Both the position numbers and the translations under genes were made by a program. From Mesorhizobium sp. (GTDB lineage: Bacteria > Pseudomonadota > Alphaproteobacteria > Rhizobiales > Rhizobiaceae), in assembly GCA_039916205.1 (NCBI GenBank), contig JBDSLV010000113.1, positions 1 to 42,529 of the forward strand: a DNA stretch of 42,529 nucleotides, read 5' to 3'. Shown here piece after piece: positions 10,601 through 21,075 of this stretch (its first letter is position 1; each line of letters opens with the position of its first letter). Under the pieces are notes generated by a model. The model had not been told where the DNA came from and did no database searches. It worked only from the letters and a program-made list of their open reading frames with translations.

Positions 10601-10782
10601 TCGTCGACCGACGCGCCCGGCCAATTGGCCTGGATCAGCATGGTCTTGATGGTGAAGGCAGGGTCTTCCTCGCGGCCGAGATTGAGATAGGCGGAGATGC
10701 CGGCGACGACGAACACCAGCATGAAGTACCAGACCAGCGAACGGTGGCTGAGCGCCCAGTCGGAGAGATTGAAGCCCTTCAT
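7684..10782 (-). CDS. RND efflux permease (AcrB family, TriC/MexK-like)
   Basis: 1032 aa; LGREEDPAF near the N-terminus; TM4 GLLVDDAMI; TM10 GILIRNSVIL; RMRPIALTA. Confidence 0.95.
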   Translation of the reverse strand: MKGFNLSDWALSHRSLVWYFMLVFVVAGISAYLNLGREEDPAFTIKTMLIQANWPGASVDETLRQVTDRIEKKLEELDSLDYSKSVTTAGKTVVFVNLKPSTKARDVAPTWVRIRNMINDIRAQFPEGVQGPFFNDSFGDVYGNVYAFTSDGLTPRQLRDYVELARTRILAVPNAGKVDLIGAQDEAIYLEFSTRQIAALGLNQQAIVASLQAQNAIAPSGVIEAGPERVSVRVSGQFTSEDSLRAINLRVNDRFFRLSDVATITRGYADPPAALFRFNGEDAIGLAIGMKPNANLLEFGKALKVEMDRIVADLPVGVGVHLVADQPVIVEEAVSGFTRALFEAVAIVLAVSFISLGMRAGFVVALSIPLVLAITFLFMDYLGISLQRISLGALIIALGLLVDDAMIAVEMMVARLEAGDTLRKAATYVYTSTAFPMLTGTLVTVTGFIPIGLNNSAAGEYTYTLFVVIAVSLLVSWIVAVLFAPLLGVTILPATMKHKHQDKPGRFTSLFRSALVGSVRHHWLTILATAILFAASIVGMGFVQQQFFPSSDRPELIVDWNLPQNSSIAETRDQMERFEKAALAGNSDIEHWSSYIGQGAVRFVLAYDVKPANPYFGQTVIVTKNIEARNRVKSAVENMLREDFVGTDAFVKTLELGPPVGRPVQYRVSGPDTQTVRTLSQQLAGVISANPKLGAPTFDWNEPSRVLKVDVLQDKARQLGVTSSAISNALNSVVGGVTITQVRDATYLVNVIVRSREAERGSIETLRNMQLPTGNGESIPLAAAANFHYELEQPTVWRRSRVPTITVQAGLVGAALPDTVVNELKPSVNAFIAKLPVGYAVETAGSVEESSKSQGPIAAVVPLMLFIMATILMIQLQSFQRLFLVVAVAPLGLIGVVAALLPSGAPLGFVAILGVLALIGILIRNSVILIVQIEDLVREGKDRWAAVIEATEHRMRPIALTAAAASLALIPIAREVFWAPMAFAMMGGIIAGTAITLLFLPALYVAWFRIKEPKDNTDQPIPETDEPAAVPA

Positions 10783-11855
10783 TGGGCGGCTCCTTCCGGG
10801 ATCTTGACCGTCTCTCCAGCCGTCAGGCTGTGCACACCGGCGGTGACAACCCGCATGCCCGCATCGAGCCCGCCCGCAACGGCAAAGCTGTTCGCCTGTT
10901 TGGCGCCAACCTGGATGTCCCGCAGCGCGACTTTCGACGATTGCGGATCGACGACCCAGACCTGTTGCTTGCCGTCTTTCTCGAGCAGCGCCGACAGCGG
11001 CAGTTCGATCGTCGGATCGATCGCGGTCACCCGCGTCGCCGTCACCGTCGAGCCTAGCCGGAATGCCGTTGGCGCATCGAGCAGCGTCAGCCGCACGCGC
11101 CGGGTGCGCGTCGAGCTGTCGGCCTGCGGGGCAATCTCGCGCAGCTTGCCCTCCGCACGGATCGACGGCAGCGACTGCAGGATCACGTCGAAGCCGGTTC
11201 CTGCCTTGAGATCGCCGGTCAACTGGTCGGGAATGTCGACAACAGCTTCGCGCACATCTGAGCGCGCTACCGTCACAACGGTCTGGCCGGCGGGCACGGT
11301 CTGTCCGACCTCGGCGCCGACCGCCGTGACGATGCCGTCGAAGTCCGAAAACAGCCTTGCGTAACCGAGCTGTTCCTCCGACTTGGCAAGTGCTGCCTTG
11401 GCGCGCTCGACATTGGCCTGCGCCGCCTGCCTCGCCTGCTGGGCGGCATCATAAGTGGCCTGCGAGGTGTTCTTGTCGGCCAACAGCGCCCGTTGACGTT
11501 CTTCGCTGGCGGCGGCGTTGGTGAATTCGGCCTGCGCGTTGGACAGGCCGGCCTTGGCCGCCTGCAGGGCAAGTTCGAGTGCCGTCGGATCGAGTGTGGC
11601 GATCGTCGTGCCCTTGGTGACGAGATCGCCGACATCGACATCGCGCGTGACAACACGCCCAAGCAGGCGGAAGGCGAGGCTGGCGCTGAACTCCGGCTCG
11701 ACCACGCCGGCAAAGCCGAGCGTCTGGCTGGTGCGCGGCTGGACCACCACCGAGAGCACCGGCCTGACGATCTCGGGTGCCTTTTCCGGTTCGGCGGTGC
11801 AGGCGCCGAGAAGGATCAGTGCTGAAAGGCCGATGGCGGATGCTGGCCGGTTCAT
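10779..11855 (-). CDS. RND periplasmic adaptor (MFP), lipoprotein
   Basis: Lipobox LGAC; lipoyl half-motifs VDVGDLVTKG and SDFDGIV; alpha-helical hairpin; ATGA-coupled to the permease. Confidence 0.92.
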   Translation of the reverse strand: MNRPASAIGLSALILLGACTAEPEKAPEIVRPVLSVVVQPRTSQTLGFAGVVEPEFSASLAFRLLGRVVTRDVDVGDLVTKGTTIATLDPTALELALQAAKAGLSNAQAEFTNAAASEERQRALLADKNTSQATYDAAQQARQAAQANVERAKAALAKSEEQLGYARLFSDFDGIVTAVGAEVGQTVPAGQTVVTVARSDVREAVVDIPDQLTGDLKAGTGFDVILQSLPSIRAEGKLREIAPQADSSTRTRRVRLTLLDAPTAFRLGSTVTATRVTAIDPTIELPLSALLEKDGKQQVWVVDPQSSKVALRDIQVGAKQANSFAVAGGLDAGMRVVTAGVHSLTAGETVKIPEGAAQ

Positions 11856-12991
11856 TGCGTTGCCCCTCCAGCGATGTCGACCACCTCGCCCGGGCTGAGC
11901 AACTGACCGCCAGCAGTGACAACGTGCTGGCCAGCCTCCAGCCCCTTGCCAACGACGATGACGCCGGAATCATAGGCGAGGATATCCACCGGCGCGACGG
12001 TGACCGCCTTGGAGGCCGGGTCGACAAGCCAGACCGCCGGAGCCCCGTTGCTGGAGGTCAGCGCCTGCCATGGCAAGACAATCGCTTGCACCGGTTTGGC
12101 GCTGACCGTGCCGATGACGGCAGCACCAAGCGGCATTGTCGTGGGCGTATCAGGGATGGCGACCTTGACCCGGACCGAGGCCGAGGCGGCATCGACCACC
12201 GGCGAAATCTCGCGCACCTTGCCGATTGCCTTGATCGTCGGGTCCGACACCAGTGTGATCGAGACTGGCGGCGCTGCCGAACTGCCGGCCACCAGGGTTT
12301 CGTGAACATTGAAGACCGCGTCACGGTCACCGTCCTCTGCAACGGTCAGCACGGTCTGTGCGGCTTGCACCACCTGGCCGGCCTCGACCGCCCGCGCGGT
12401 GACGATGCCCGGCGCGCCGGACCGCAATTCCGTGAAGGACAAGCTGTCCCTGGCATTGTCCAGCGCGCTTTGCGCCTGCTGGACGCTGCCTTGCGCCACG
12501 CTTTGCGCCTGCTCGGCCTGATCATAGTCGCGCCGCGTCGTGAAGCCTTGCGCAAGCAATGTCTTTTGCCGCTCGAAGGCGGCCGTGGCCTGCGTCAGTT
12601 GCGCCTGCGCGGCATCGAGATCGGCTTGCGCCGAGCGCAGGTCCGATTCCTGCTCCTGCGGATCGATGCGGGCGAGCAAGGTGCCCTTGTCGACATGCTG
12701 GCCGATTTCCACGAACCGTTCGGCAATGCGCCCGCCGACCCGGAACGACAGGTTGTTCAGCGTCCGCGCGGCGATGACGCCGGTCAGCGAAGTGCTCTGC
12801 GCATAGTCCGAAACCTCGACTTCGGTGGCGCGCACCATGATCGGTAGCTTGTGCGCGGCCGCTTCCTGTTTTTGGCACCCAGCCAGAAACAGGCCCGCCA
12901 GGGCAACGGCGGCAAGGATCAAGGCATTTCGAAACGGCAAAGGATTTGAGGGCGATGGTTGCAAGGCGGGCGATGTCGCGTTCCGGCTCAT
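11852..12991 (-). CDS. Second RND periplasmic adaptor (MFP), lipoprotein
   Basis: Probable ATG at 12991 after GGGGA; lipobox LAGC; LSFRVGGRI..VEIGQHVDKG; coupled to the downstream MFP. Confidence 0.9.
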   Translation of the reverse strand: MSRNATSPALQPSPSNPLPFRNALILAAVALAGLFLAGCQKQEAAAHKLPIMVRATEVEVSDYAQSTSLTGVIAARTLNNLSFRVGGRIAERFVEIGQHVDKGTLLARIDPQEQESDLRSAQADLDAAQAQLTQATAAFERQKTLLAQGFTTRRDYDQAEQAQSVAQGSVQQAQSALDNARDSLSFTELRSGAPGIVTARAVEAGQVVQAAQTVLTVAEDGDRDAVFNVHETLVAGSSAAPPVSITLVSDPTIKAIGKVREISPVVDAASASVRVKVAIPDTPTTMPLGAAVIGTVSAKPVQAIVLPWQALTSSNGAPAVWLVDPASKAVTVAPVDILAYDSGVIVVGKGLEAGQHVVTAGGQLLSPGEVVDIAGGATQ

Positions 12992-13244
12992 GGCGTCCCC
13001 GGCCTGCATGGGCGCTCCTCGTCGCGGAGCCGCGCAGGCCATCGAAGGATAATCGATCCCTCGGAAAAGGGAACCTCTCTCGCACGCCCATCGGCCGACT
13101 GGTTAAGACGGCGCGATACCGGCATCGTGGAGCAGGCCCAATCGCCTCCCGGCGGTGCCGACTTGAGGAAAACATGAAATAAGGTCAGAAGACATCTCAA
13201 CGACACCAAAACAGCAACGGGCGTCGGCCCGAAGAGGGATACCC

Positions 13245-14522
13245 ATGAAGAATTCAGCGATTTCCGAACGCAAGAACCAGTCGATCTCGCGCGGCGTTGG
13301 TATGACGACGCAGATCTATGCCGACCGGGCCGAAAACTCGGAAATCTGGGATGTCGAAGGCCACCGCTATATCGACTTCTCGTCCGGTATCGCCGTCGTC
13401 AACACCGGCCATCGTCATCCAAGGGTGATCGAGGCGGTCAAGGCGCAGCTCGACCGTTTCACCCACACCTGCCACCAGGTGGTGCCGTATGAGAGCTATG
13501 TCCGGCTGGCCGAGCGCCTGAACGCCATGCTGCCCGGCAAGTTCGAGAAGAAGACGATCTTTGTCACCACCGGCGCCGAGGCGGTCGAGAACGCTATCAA
13601 GATCGCCCGCAATGCGACCGGCCGCCAGGCCGTCATCGCCTTTGGCGGCGGCTTCCATGGCCGTACCTTCATGGGCATGGCGCTGACCGGCAAGGTCGTT
13701 CCCTACAAGGTTGGCTTCGGTGCCATGCCGGGCGACGTCTACCACGTGCCGTTCCCCGTGCAACTGCATGGTGTCTCGGTCGCCGATTCGCTGGCCGCGC
13801 TGGACAAGCTGTTCAAGGCCGATGTCGATCCGGCGCGTGTGGCGGCGATCATCATCGAGCCGGTGCAAGGTGAGGGCGGCTTCTACGACGCGCCGCGTGA
13901 CCTCCTCACGGCGCTACGCAAGCTCTGCGACCAGCACGGCATGCTGCTGATCGCCGATGAGGTGCAGACCGGCTTTGCCCGCACCGGCAAGATGTTTGCC
14001 ATGGACCACCACGACGTGGCCGCCGATATCACCACCATGGCCAAGAGCCTGGCCGGCGGCTTCCCGTTGGCGGCGGTCACCGGCCGTGCCGAGATCATGG
14101 ATGCGCCGAACCCCGGCGGCCTTGGCGGCACCTATGGCGGCAGCCCGATCGGCGTTGCGGCGGCACACGCGGTTCTCGATGTGATCGAAGACGAAAAACT
14201 CTGCGACCGCGCCAATACGCTGGGTGCGAGGCTGAAGCAGCGGCTGCAGTCGATCCGTGACGACGTGCCCGAGATCGTTGACATCAGAGGCCTCGGCTTC
14301 ATGAACGCGGTCGAGTTCAACGACGTCAAGAAGGGCCTGCCATCGGCCGAGATCGCCAATGCGATCCGGTTGAAGGCGCTGGACAAGGGGTTGATCCTGC
14401 TGACCTGCGGCGTCTACGGCAATGTCGTTCGCTTCCTCGCCCCAATCACCATCCAGGACGCCGTCATGAACGAAGCACTCGACATCCTGGAAAGCTCGAT
14501 CCGCGAAGTCTGCGCGGCTTGA
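13245..14522 (+). CDS. gabT: 4-aminobutyrate--2-oxoglutarate aminotransferase
   Basis: Class III PLP motifs TTGAEAVENA, FHGRT, EPVQGEGGF, IADEVQTGFART, AKSLAGG, GGTYGG; RBS GAGGGA. Confidence 0.92.
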   Translation: MKNSAISERKNQSISRGVGMTTQIYADRAENSEIWDVEGHRYIDFSSGIAVVNTGHRHPRVIEAVKAQLDRFTHTCHQVVPYESYVRLAERLNAMLPGKFEKKTIFVTTGAEAVENAIKIARNATGRQAVIAFGGGFHGRTFMGMALTGKVVPYKVGFGAMPGDVYHVPFPVQLHGVSVADSLAALDKLFKADVDPARVAAIIIEPVQGEGGFYDAPRDLLTALRKLCDQHGMLLIADEVQTGFARTGKMFAMDHHDVAADITTMAKSLAGGFPLAAVTGRAEIMDAPNPGGLGGTYGGSPIGVAAAHAVLDVIEDEKLCDRANTLGARLKQRLQSIRDDVPEIVDIRGLGFMNAVEFNDVKKGLPSAEIANAIRLKALDKGLILLTCGVYGNVVRFLAPITIQDAVMNEALDILESSIREVCAA

Positions 14523-14535
14523 TCGGGAACAGGAC

Positions 14536-15786
14536 CTAGCCGGCCACGCGGGCCGGTTCGATCTGGAAGGCGGCCAGCGCCGCCTTCAGCCCATCGGGTC
14601 CCGTCTCGACAGTCCGCGGCGTCGGCGAAAAGCCGGCGCCGAGCATCTTGCGGCCAAGCATGTGATCGCCTGGCCGGTTGACGGATTCGATACCGAGCAG
14701 CCGATCCCCCGCATAGTGGTAGATCGAGAATTTGTTCTCGGCCAGATCACCCAGCACGACATGCTTGTCGCCGCCCGACGTCAGCCCAACCATCTGCAGT
14801 TTCATGTCACCGATATCGGACCAGAACCATGGCACCGCCGAATAGGCGTCGGCATGGCCGGTGATGGTGTGCGCCGCCAGGCGGGCCTGGTCGGTGGCGT
14901 TCTGCACCGATTCCAGCCGCACGTCGCCGCCGGTGAACCAGTGCCGGTAGGAGGCCGCGTCGCCGATCGCCAGGATTTCCGCCGCCGAGCTGCGCATCTG
15001 GTGATCGACGCGGATGCCGTTGGCGATGGTGAGGCCGGCGGCCTGCGCCAGTTCGACATTCGGCACGGCGCCAATGCCGACGATGACCATGCGCGCCGGC
15101 AGCCTTTCGCCGGTCGATGTGATCGCCGCCGAGACATGACTGCCTTCGCCTTCAAGCCTGGCAATGGTCGTACCGGTGAGAATGCGTACGCCCATCGCTT
15201 CCAGCCGTTGCCGGACATGGCTTGCCACGATCGGCGCCACCGCGCGGCCGAGCAGCCGGTCGACGGCTTCGACCACGGTCACCTTACGGCCGGTAGCCCG
15301 CAGCGTGGCGGCTATCTCCAGCCCGATGAAGCCGCCACCCAGGATGACGACCTCGTCGCTCTGCGCGCTGAGCGTACGGATCAGCCTTGCATCGGCAATC
15401 GAGCGCAACGACAGCACGCCGGAAAGGTCAGCACCGGGCAATGGCAGCAGGCGCGGGCGCGAACCGGTCGCCAGGATCAGATGGTCGAAGGCAAGAGCGC
15501 CACCGCCGGCGATGTCGAGGCTGCGGCGCCCAGTGTCGATCCGGTCGATCCTGATGCCGGGCCGGTAATCGATGGCGTTGCCTGAATAGAAAGCCTCGCC
15601 GCGCAACGGCTGCGGCCTTGCCTCGGCATCCTTGATGAAGGTCTTCGAAAGCGGCGGCTTGTGATAGGGCAGCTCGTTCTCGTCGCCGACGAGAATCACC
15701 GGGCCGTCATAGCCGTCCTCGCGTAAACTGGCGGCCGCTTGCACGCCCGCATGACCCGCACCGACAATGACCACGCCGTTCTTCAT
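14536..15786 (-). CDS. FAD-dependent ferredoxin--NAD(P)H reductase (putidaredoxin reductase/HcaD-like)
   Basis: VIVGAGHAG FAD motif; PYHKPPLSK; ILGGGFIGLE NAD motif; RLESVQNA; VPWFWSD; start MKNG at 15786. Confidence 0.9.
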   Translation of the reverse strand: MKNGVVIVGAGHAGVQAAASLREDGYDGPVILVGDENELPYHKPPLSKTFIKDAEARPQPLRGEAFYSGNAIDYRPGIRIDRIDTGRRSLDIAGGGALAFDHLILATGSRPRLLPLPGADLSGVLSLRSIADARLIRTLSAQSDEVVILGGGFIGLEIAATLRATGRKVTVVEAVDRLLGRAVAPIVASHVRQRLEAMGVRILTGTTIARLEGEGSHVSAAITSTGERLPARMVIVGIGAVPNVELAQAAGLTIANGIRVDHQMRSSAAEILAIGDAASYRHWFTGGDVRLESVQNATDQARLAAHTITGHADAYSAVPWFWSDIGDMKLQMVGLTSGGDKHVVLGDLAENKFSIYHYAGDRLLGIESVNRPGDHMLGRKMLGAGFSPTPRTVETGPDGLKAALAAFQIEPARVAG

Positions 15787-15945
15787 GGAATTCCTACCCC
15801 CAGCCAATTCTAGGATGTCTCGCCAGGTGGCAATTGTCTGACGCCGCCGCAAGAGAGCGCTTGCGGGTCGCACCCGGGATGGCGGCTGTCAATCATACAG
15901 TTCGGCGGCAAAGCCGGTGCAGCGATGTGTAAAGTTGAGCTTTCC

Positions 15946-15966
15946 AGTTTAGAATAATTCTAAACT
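15946..15966. promoter_or_regulatory. Iron control element (ICE), Irr binding site
   Basis: AGTTTAGAA-TAA-TTCTAAACT has perfect 9-bp arms and contains the consensus TTTAGAA-N3-TTCTAAA; it lies upstream of an iron operon. Confidence 0.92.
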
Positions 15967-16216
15967 ATTGTTTCAATTGGTTTTTCCTGTAGATTTTCGT
16001 TGACTTCCATCGGCTCCGAAGCTTTATGGAGGCTCGCGCTTTGGCGCATCCCTTTGATGTTTGGGCCTTGAACCCGTTCGATTGGAGGCTTTTTGGTGTC
16101 TTTCTTCCACGAACCGCGCGATGGCGCGGCAAGTCTTGCGCCCGACGGCACGCACATGGCCTTGCGCCGGTTGCCGCGCGTCGTTCATGGATTTTCCGAA
16201 AAACTGGAGAGCGATA

Positions 16217-17506
16217 ATGAGAGCACGATTTGGCGGCAGGCTTGCCGCGATCGGCGCCACGGCACTGTTGACGGCAGCGGTATTCGTGCTGCCGGCAAAA
16301 GCGGAAACCGATGCGAAGGCGGTTATTAAAACCTATTCGGACATCGCGCTCGCCAAATACGAGGATTCGCTGACCACCGCCCAGGCGCTCGACAAGGCAG
16401 TCGATGCGCTGCTGGCAAAGCCGTCGCCGGAGACGCTGAGTGCTGCTCGCGACGCCTGGAAGGCATCACGCGTCCCCTATCAGCAGACCGAAGTCTATCG
16501 CTTCGGCAATAAGGTCGTCGACGACTGGGAAGGCGAGGTGAACTCCTGGCCGCTGGACGAAGGCCTGATCGACTATGTCGCCAAGAGCTACGGCACCGAG
16601 TCGGACGCGAATTCGCTCTATACAGCCAATGTGATCGCCAACAAGGAGATCGAGATCAACGGCAAGAAGGTCGATGCTTCGAACCTGACGCCGGAATTCC
16701 TGTCCGGTACGCTGCAGCAAGCCGGCGGCATCGAAGCCAATGTCGCGACAGGCTATCATGCGATTGAATTCCTGCTCTGGGGCCAGGATTTGCATGGTAC
16801 CGGTCCGGGCGCCGGCGAGCGGCCCTATACCGACTACGATCTCAAGAACTGCACCGGCGGCAATTGTGACCGCCGCGCCCAGTATCTGAAGTCGGCGACA
16901 GACCTCTTGGTCTCGGATCTGGAGAAAATGGTCGACGACTGGAAAGAGGGCGGCGCTGCGCGCAAGAACCTTGTCGACGGCGAGCCGAACACCGCCATCT
17001 CGATCATCTTCACCGGCATGGGCTCGCTGTCCTATGGCGAACTGGCAGGTGAACGCATGAAGCTCGGTCTGTTGCTGCATGACCCGGAAGAAGAACACGA
17101 CTGCTTCTCGGACAACACCCATAACTCCCATCTCTATGACGCCATCGGCATCCGCGCCGCCTACCACGCCAGCTACAAGCGTCTCGACGGTACTGTGGTT
17201 GAGGGCCCCTCGGTGGCCGATATGGTGAAAGCAGCCGACCCTGCGATCGACAAGGAACTGTCGGGCAAGCTGGATGTCACCGTCGCCAAGATGGAAGCCA
17301 TCAAGGCGCGGGCCGAGGCCGGTGAAGCCTATGACCAGCAGATCGCCGAGGGCAACACGGAAGGAAATGCCACCGTGCAGGCAGCGATCGATGCGCTGAT
17401 CGACCAGACCAAGTCGATCGAGCGCGCCGTTGGTACGCTGAAGCTCAACGCCATTGCCTTCGAGGGTTCCGACAGTCTCGATGCCCCGGACAAGGTGTTC
17501 AAGTAG
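16217..17506 (+). CDS. Imelysin-family (peptidase M75) iron-regulated periplasmic protein, IrpA/IcmP-like
   Basis: RBS GGAGA; signal peptide ending AKA; NSWPLDEGLIDY; TGYHAIEFLLWGQD (GxHxxE); GELAGERM; EEEHDCFSDNT. Confidence 0.9.
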   Translation: MRARFGGRLAAIGATALLTAAVFVLPAKAETDAKAVIKTYSDIALAKYEDSLTTAQALDKAVDALLAKPSPETLSAARDAWKASRVPYQQTEVYRFGNKVVDDWEGEVNSWPLDEGLIDYVAKSYGTESDANSLYTANVIANKEIEINGKKVDASNLTPEFLSGTLQQAGGIEANVATGYHAIEFLLWGQDLHGTGPGAGERPYTDYDLKNCTGGNCDRRAQYLKSATDLLVSDLEKMVDDWKEGGAARKNLVDGEPNTAISIIFTGMGSLSYGELAGERMKLGLLLHDPEEEHDCFSDNTHNSHLYDAIGIRAAYHASYKRLDGTVVEGPSVADMVKAADPAIDKELSGKLDVTVAKMEAIKARAEAGEAYDQQIAEGNTEGNATVQAAIDALIDQTKSIERAVGTLKLNAIAFEGSDSLDAPDKVFK

Positions 17507-17604
17507 CAGCCAAACATCAGGGGGTGGTCGGGAAGACCATGCCCGGATGAGAGAATAAGCCACACGGCGCGGAGAGGGCGCCGTTAGCCACCCAGAGCGA
17601 CGTA

Positions 17605-17916
17605 ATGCTGATCTGCCATTGCAACATCATCACCGAGAAGGAGATTGAGCAGACGATCGTCGGGCTGCTGGATCAGGACCCTTGGCAGCTCATCGTGCCG
17701 GCGAAGATTTATCATGCCATGCAAAAGCGCGGCCGCTGTTGCGGCTGCTTCCCAAATGTGGTCGAAACGATCATTCGGGTAACCGAAAATTATCACACCC
17801 GCTCGGAGGCGAGCGGCGTGGATATCGTTTCACACCTGGATCGCGTCAGAGGCCTGCGCGTCCAATACGGGAGCAGAACTGATGAAAGGCGAAAAGCAGA
17901 TCATCGAGCGGCTTAA
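17605..17916 (+). CDS. bfd: Bacterioferritin-associated [2Fe-2S] ferredoxin
   Basis: N-terminal ICHC and RCCGC cysteine pairs; directly upstream of and overlapping bfr. Confidence 0.85.
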   Translation: MLICHCNIITEKEIEQTIVGLLDQDPWQLIVPAKIYHAMQKRGRCCGCFPNVVETIIRVTENYHTRSEASGVDIVSHLDRVRGLRVQYGSRTDERRKADHRAA

Positions 17917-18367
17917 CGAGGCTCTTTTTCTGGAGCTTGGAGCCGTCAATCAGTATTGGGTGCATTTCCGTCTGCTGGAAGACTGGGGATATGCCAAGCT
18001 TGCAAAGAAGGAACGCGCGGAATCGATCGAGGAGATGCACCATGCCGACAGGCTCGTGGCCCGCATCATTTTCCTCGAGGGACATCCTAATCTGCAGTCG
18101 GTGGCGCCGTTGCGCATCGGACAGAACGTGAAGGAAGTGCTCGAATCCGACCTTGCCGGCGAGTATGACGCGCGCACCGCCTACAAGCGGTCACGCGAGA
18201 TCTGCAATGAAGCGGGCGACTACGTGACGATGAAGCTGTTCGAGGAATTGCTGGCTGACGAGGAAGGTCATATCGACTTCCTCGAAACGCAGCTCGACCT
18301 GCTCGCCTCGATCGGCGAGGAAAAATACGGCCTGCTTAACGCGGCAGCAGCCGACGAAGCGGAATAA
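17882..18367 (+). CDS. bfr: Bacterioferritin
   Basis: MKG start; NQYW; [10 protein letters not shown] (ferroxidase Glu/His, heme Met); FLEGHPN; [14 protein letters not shown]; 161 aa. Confidence 0.97.
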   Translation: MKGEKQIIERLNEALFLELGAVNQYWVHFRLLEDWGYAKLAKKERAESIEEMHHADRLVARIIFLEGHPNLQSVAPLRIGQNVKEVLESDLAGEYDARTAYKRSREICNEAGDYVTMKLFEELLADEEGHIDFLETQLDLLASIGEEKYGLLNAAAADEAE

Positions 18368-18379
18368 GGACATGCGGGA

Positions 18380-19980
<1,601 letters not shown>

Positions 19981-19981
<1 letters not shown>

Positions 19982-21075
19982 TGTCGAAACGTCTCGCGCT
20001 GGCTGTTGTGTTCCCGCTTGCCCTGGCTGGCATCGTCACGGCCGGTATCTCGCCGGCGGCGGCCGTCGTGAAGGCCACCGATGTGATCCAGCGCGCCATC
20101 GACGGCTTCGTCCGCCCTGCCTATGCCGGGCTTCACGATCATGCCGTGAGCCTGACCAAGGCGGTGCAATCGCTATGCGAGGCGCCGTCGCAACAGGGGC
20201 TCGATGCGGCGCGGGGCGAATTCTCCGCTACTGTCGAGGCGTGGTCGAAGGCGGAAATCATTGGTTTCGGGCCGATCAAGGAGAACAACCGTCTGGAGCG
20301 CATGCTCTACTGGCCGGACCGCAAGAGCATTGGCCTCAAGCAGGTCCAGGCGGCGTTGTCCGACAAGGACCCGACGGCCACCGATCCGGTGCTGCTGGCC
20401 GGAAAGAGCGTCGCCATGCAGGGGCTGGGCGCGCTTGAATTCGTGCTTTTTGGCGACGGCGCCTATGCGTTGGCGGGCAAGGACGACGCCTATCGCTGTG
20501 CCTATGGCGCCGCGATCGCCGGCAACATCGAAACCATGGCCGGAGATGTCAGCGACGCCTGGAACAAGGCCGACGGCTTTGCCGCGCTGTGGGCCAATCC
20601 GGGGCCGCAAAACGCGCTCTACCGCGATGGAACCGAGGCGGTGACCGAGCTGGTTGGTGTCTTCATCAACGAACTGGAGATGGTCCGCGACATCAGGCTC
20701 AAGGGATTTTTGGGCGGCAAGCCGGAAGCCGACAAGCCAAAACAGGCGATCTATTGGCGTTCGCAAAACACCGCCACATCGCTGGCCGGCAATCTTTCCG
20801 GCATCGACACGCTGTTCGAGGCATCGAAGCTCGGCGACGCGCTGCAGCCTGATAACAGATGGATTGCCGAGTCTATCCATATCCAGTTGGTCAACGGTGT
20901 CGCCACGGCCCAGTCCGTCAAGGGCCCGATCGACAAGGTGCTGGCCGATCCGGCGCAGCGCGAGAAATTTGAGCACTTCGCGCTGATCAGCTCGAGTCTG
21001 TCGACCCTGTTTGGTACCAGGCTGACCACCGAATTCGGCCTGACCGCCGGCTTTTCGTCACTGGATGGCGACTGA
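19981..21075 (+). CDS. Second imelysin-like periplasmic protein
   Basis: TGATG coupling; signal peptide; GPI..NRLERMLYWPDRK; QGLGALEF; C-terminal GFSSLDGD. Confidence 0.85.

Noticed and set aside
7555-11364. 1269-aa plus-strand ORF opposite the RND operon
   Set aside because: An antisense shadow of a GC-rich gene: Arg/His/Gln-rich, no recognisable motifs, and almost wholly overlapping well-supported genes
13043-14522. gabT as part of a GABA operon or linked to the efflux pump
   Set aside because: No gabD, transporter or regulator is adjacent, and I saw no shared operator
16061-16216. Long N-terminal extensions in the ORF track (also at 4094, 13042, 15873, 23561, 35459 and 36802)
   Set aside because: Downstream starts have better RBS, signal peptides or stop-start coupling
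17548-17562. TGA-N9-CCA upstream of bfd as a RirA IRO box
   Set aside because: An imperfect match to the short TGA-N9-TCA consensus, too weak to support
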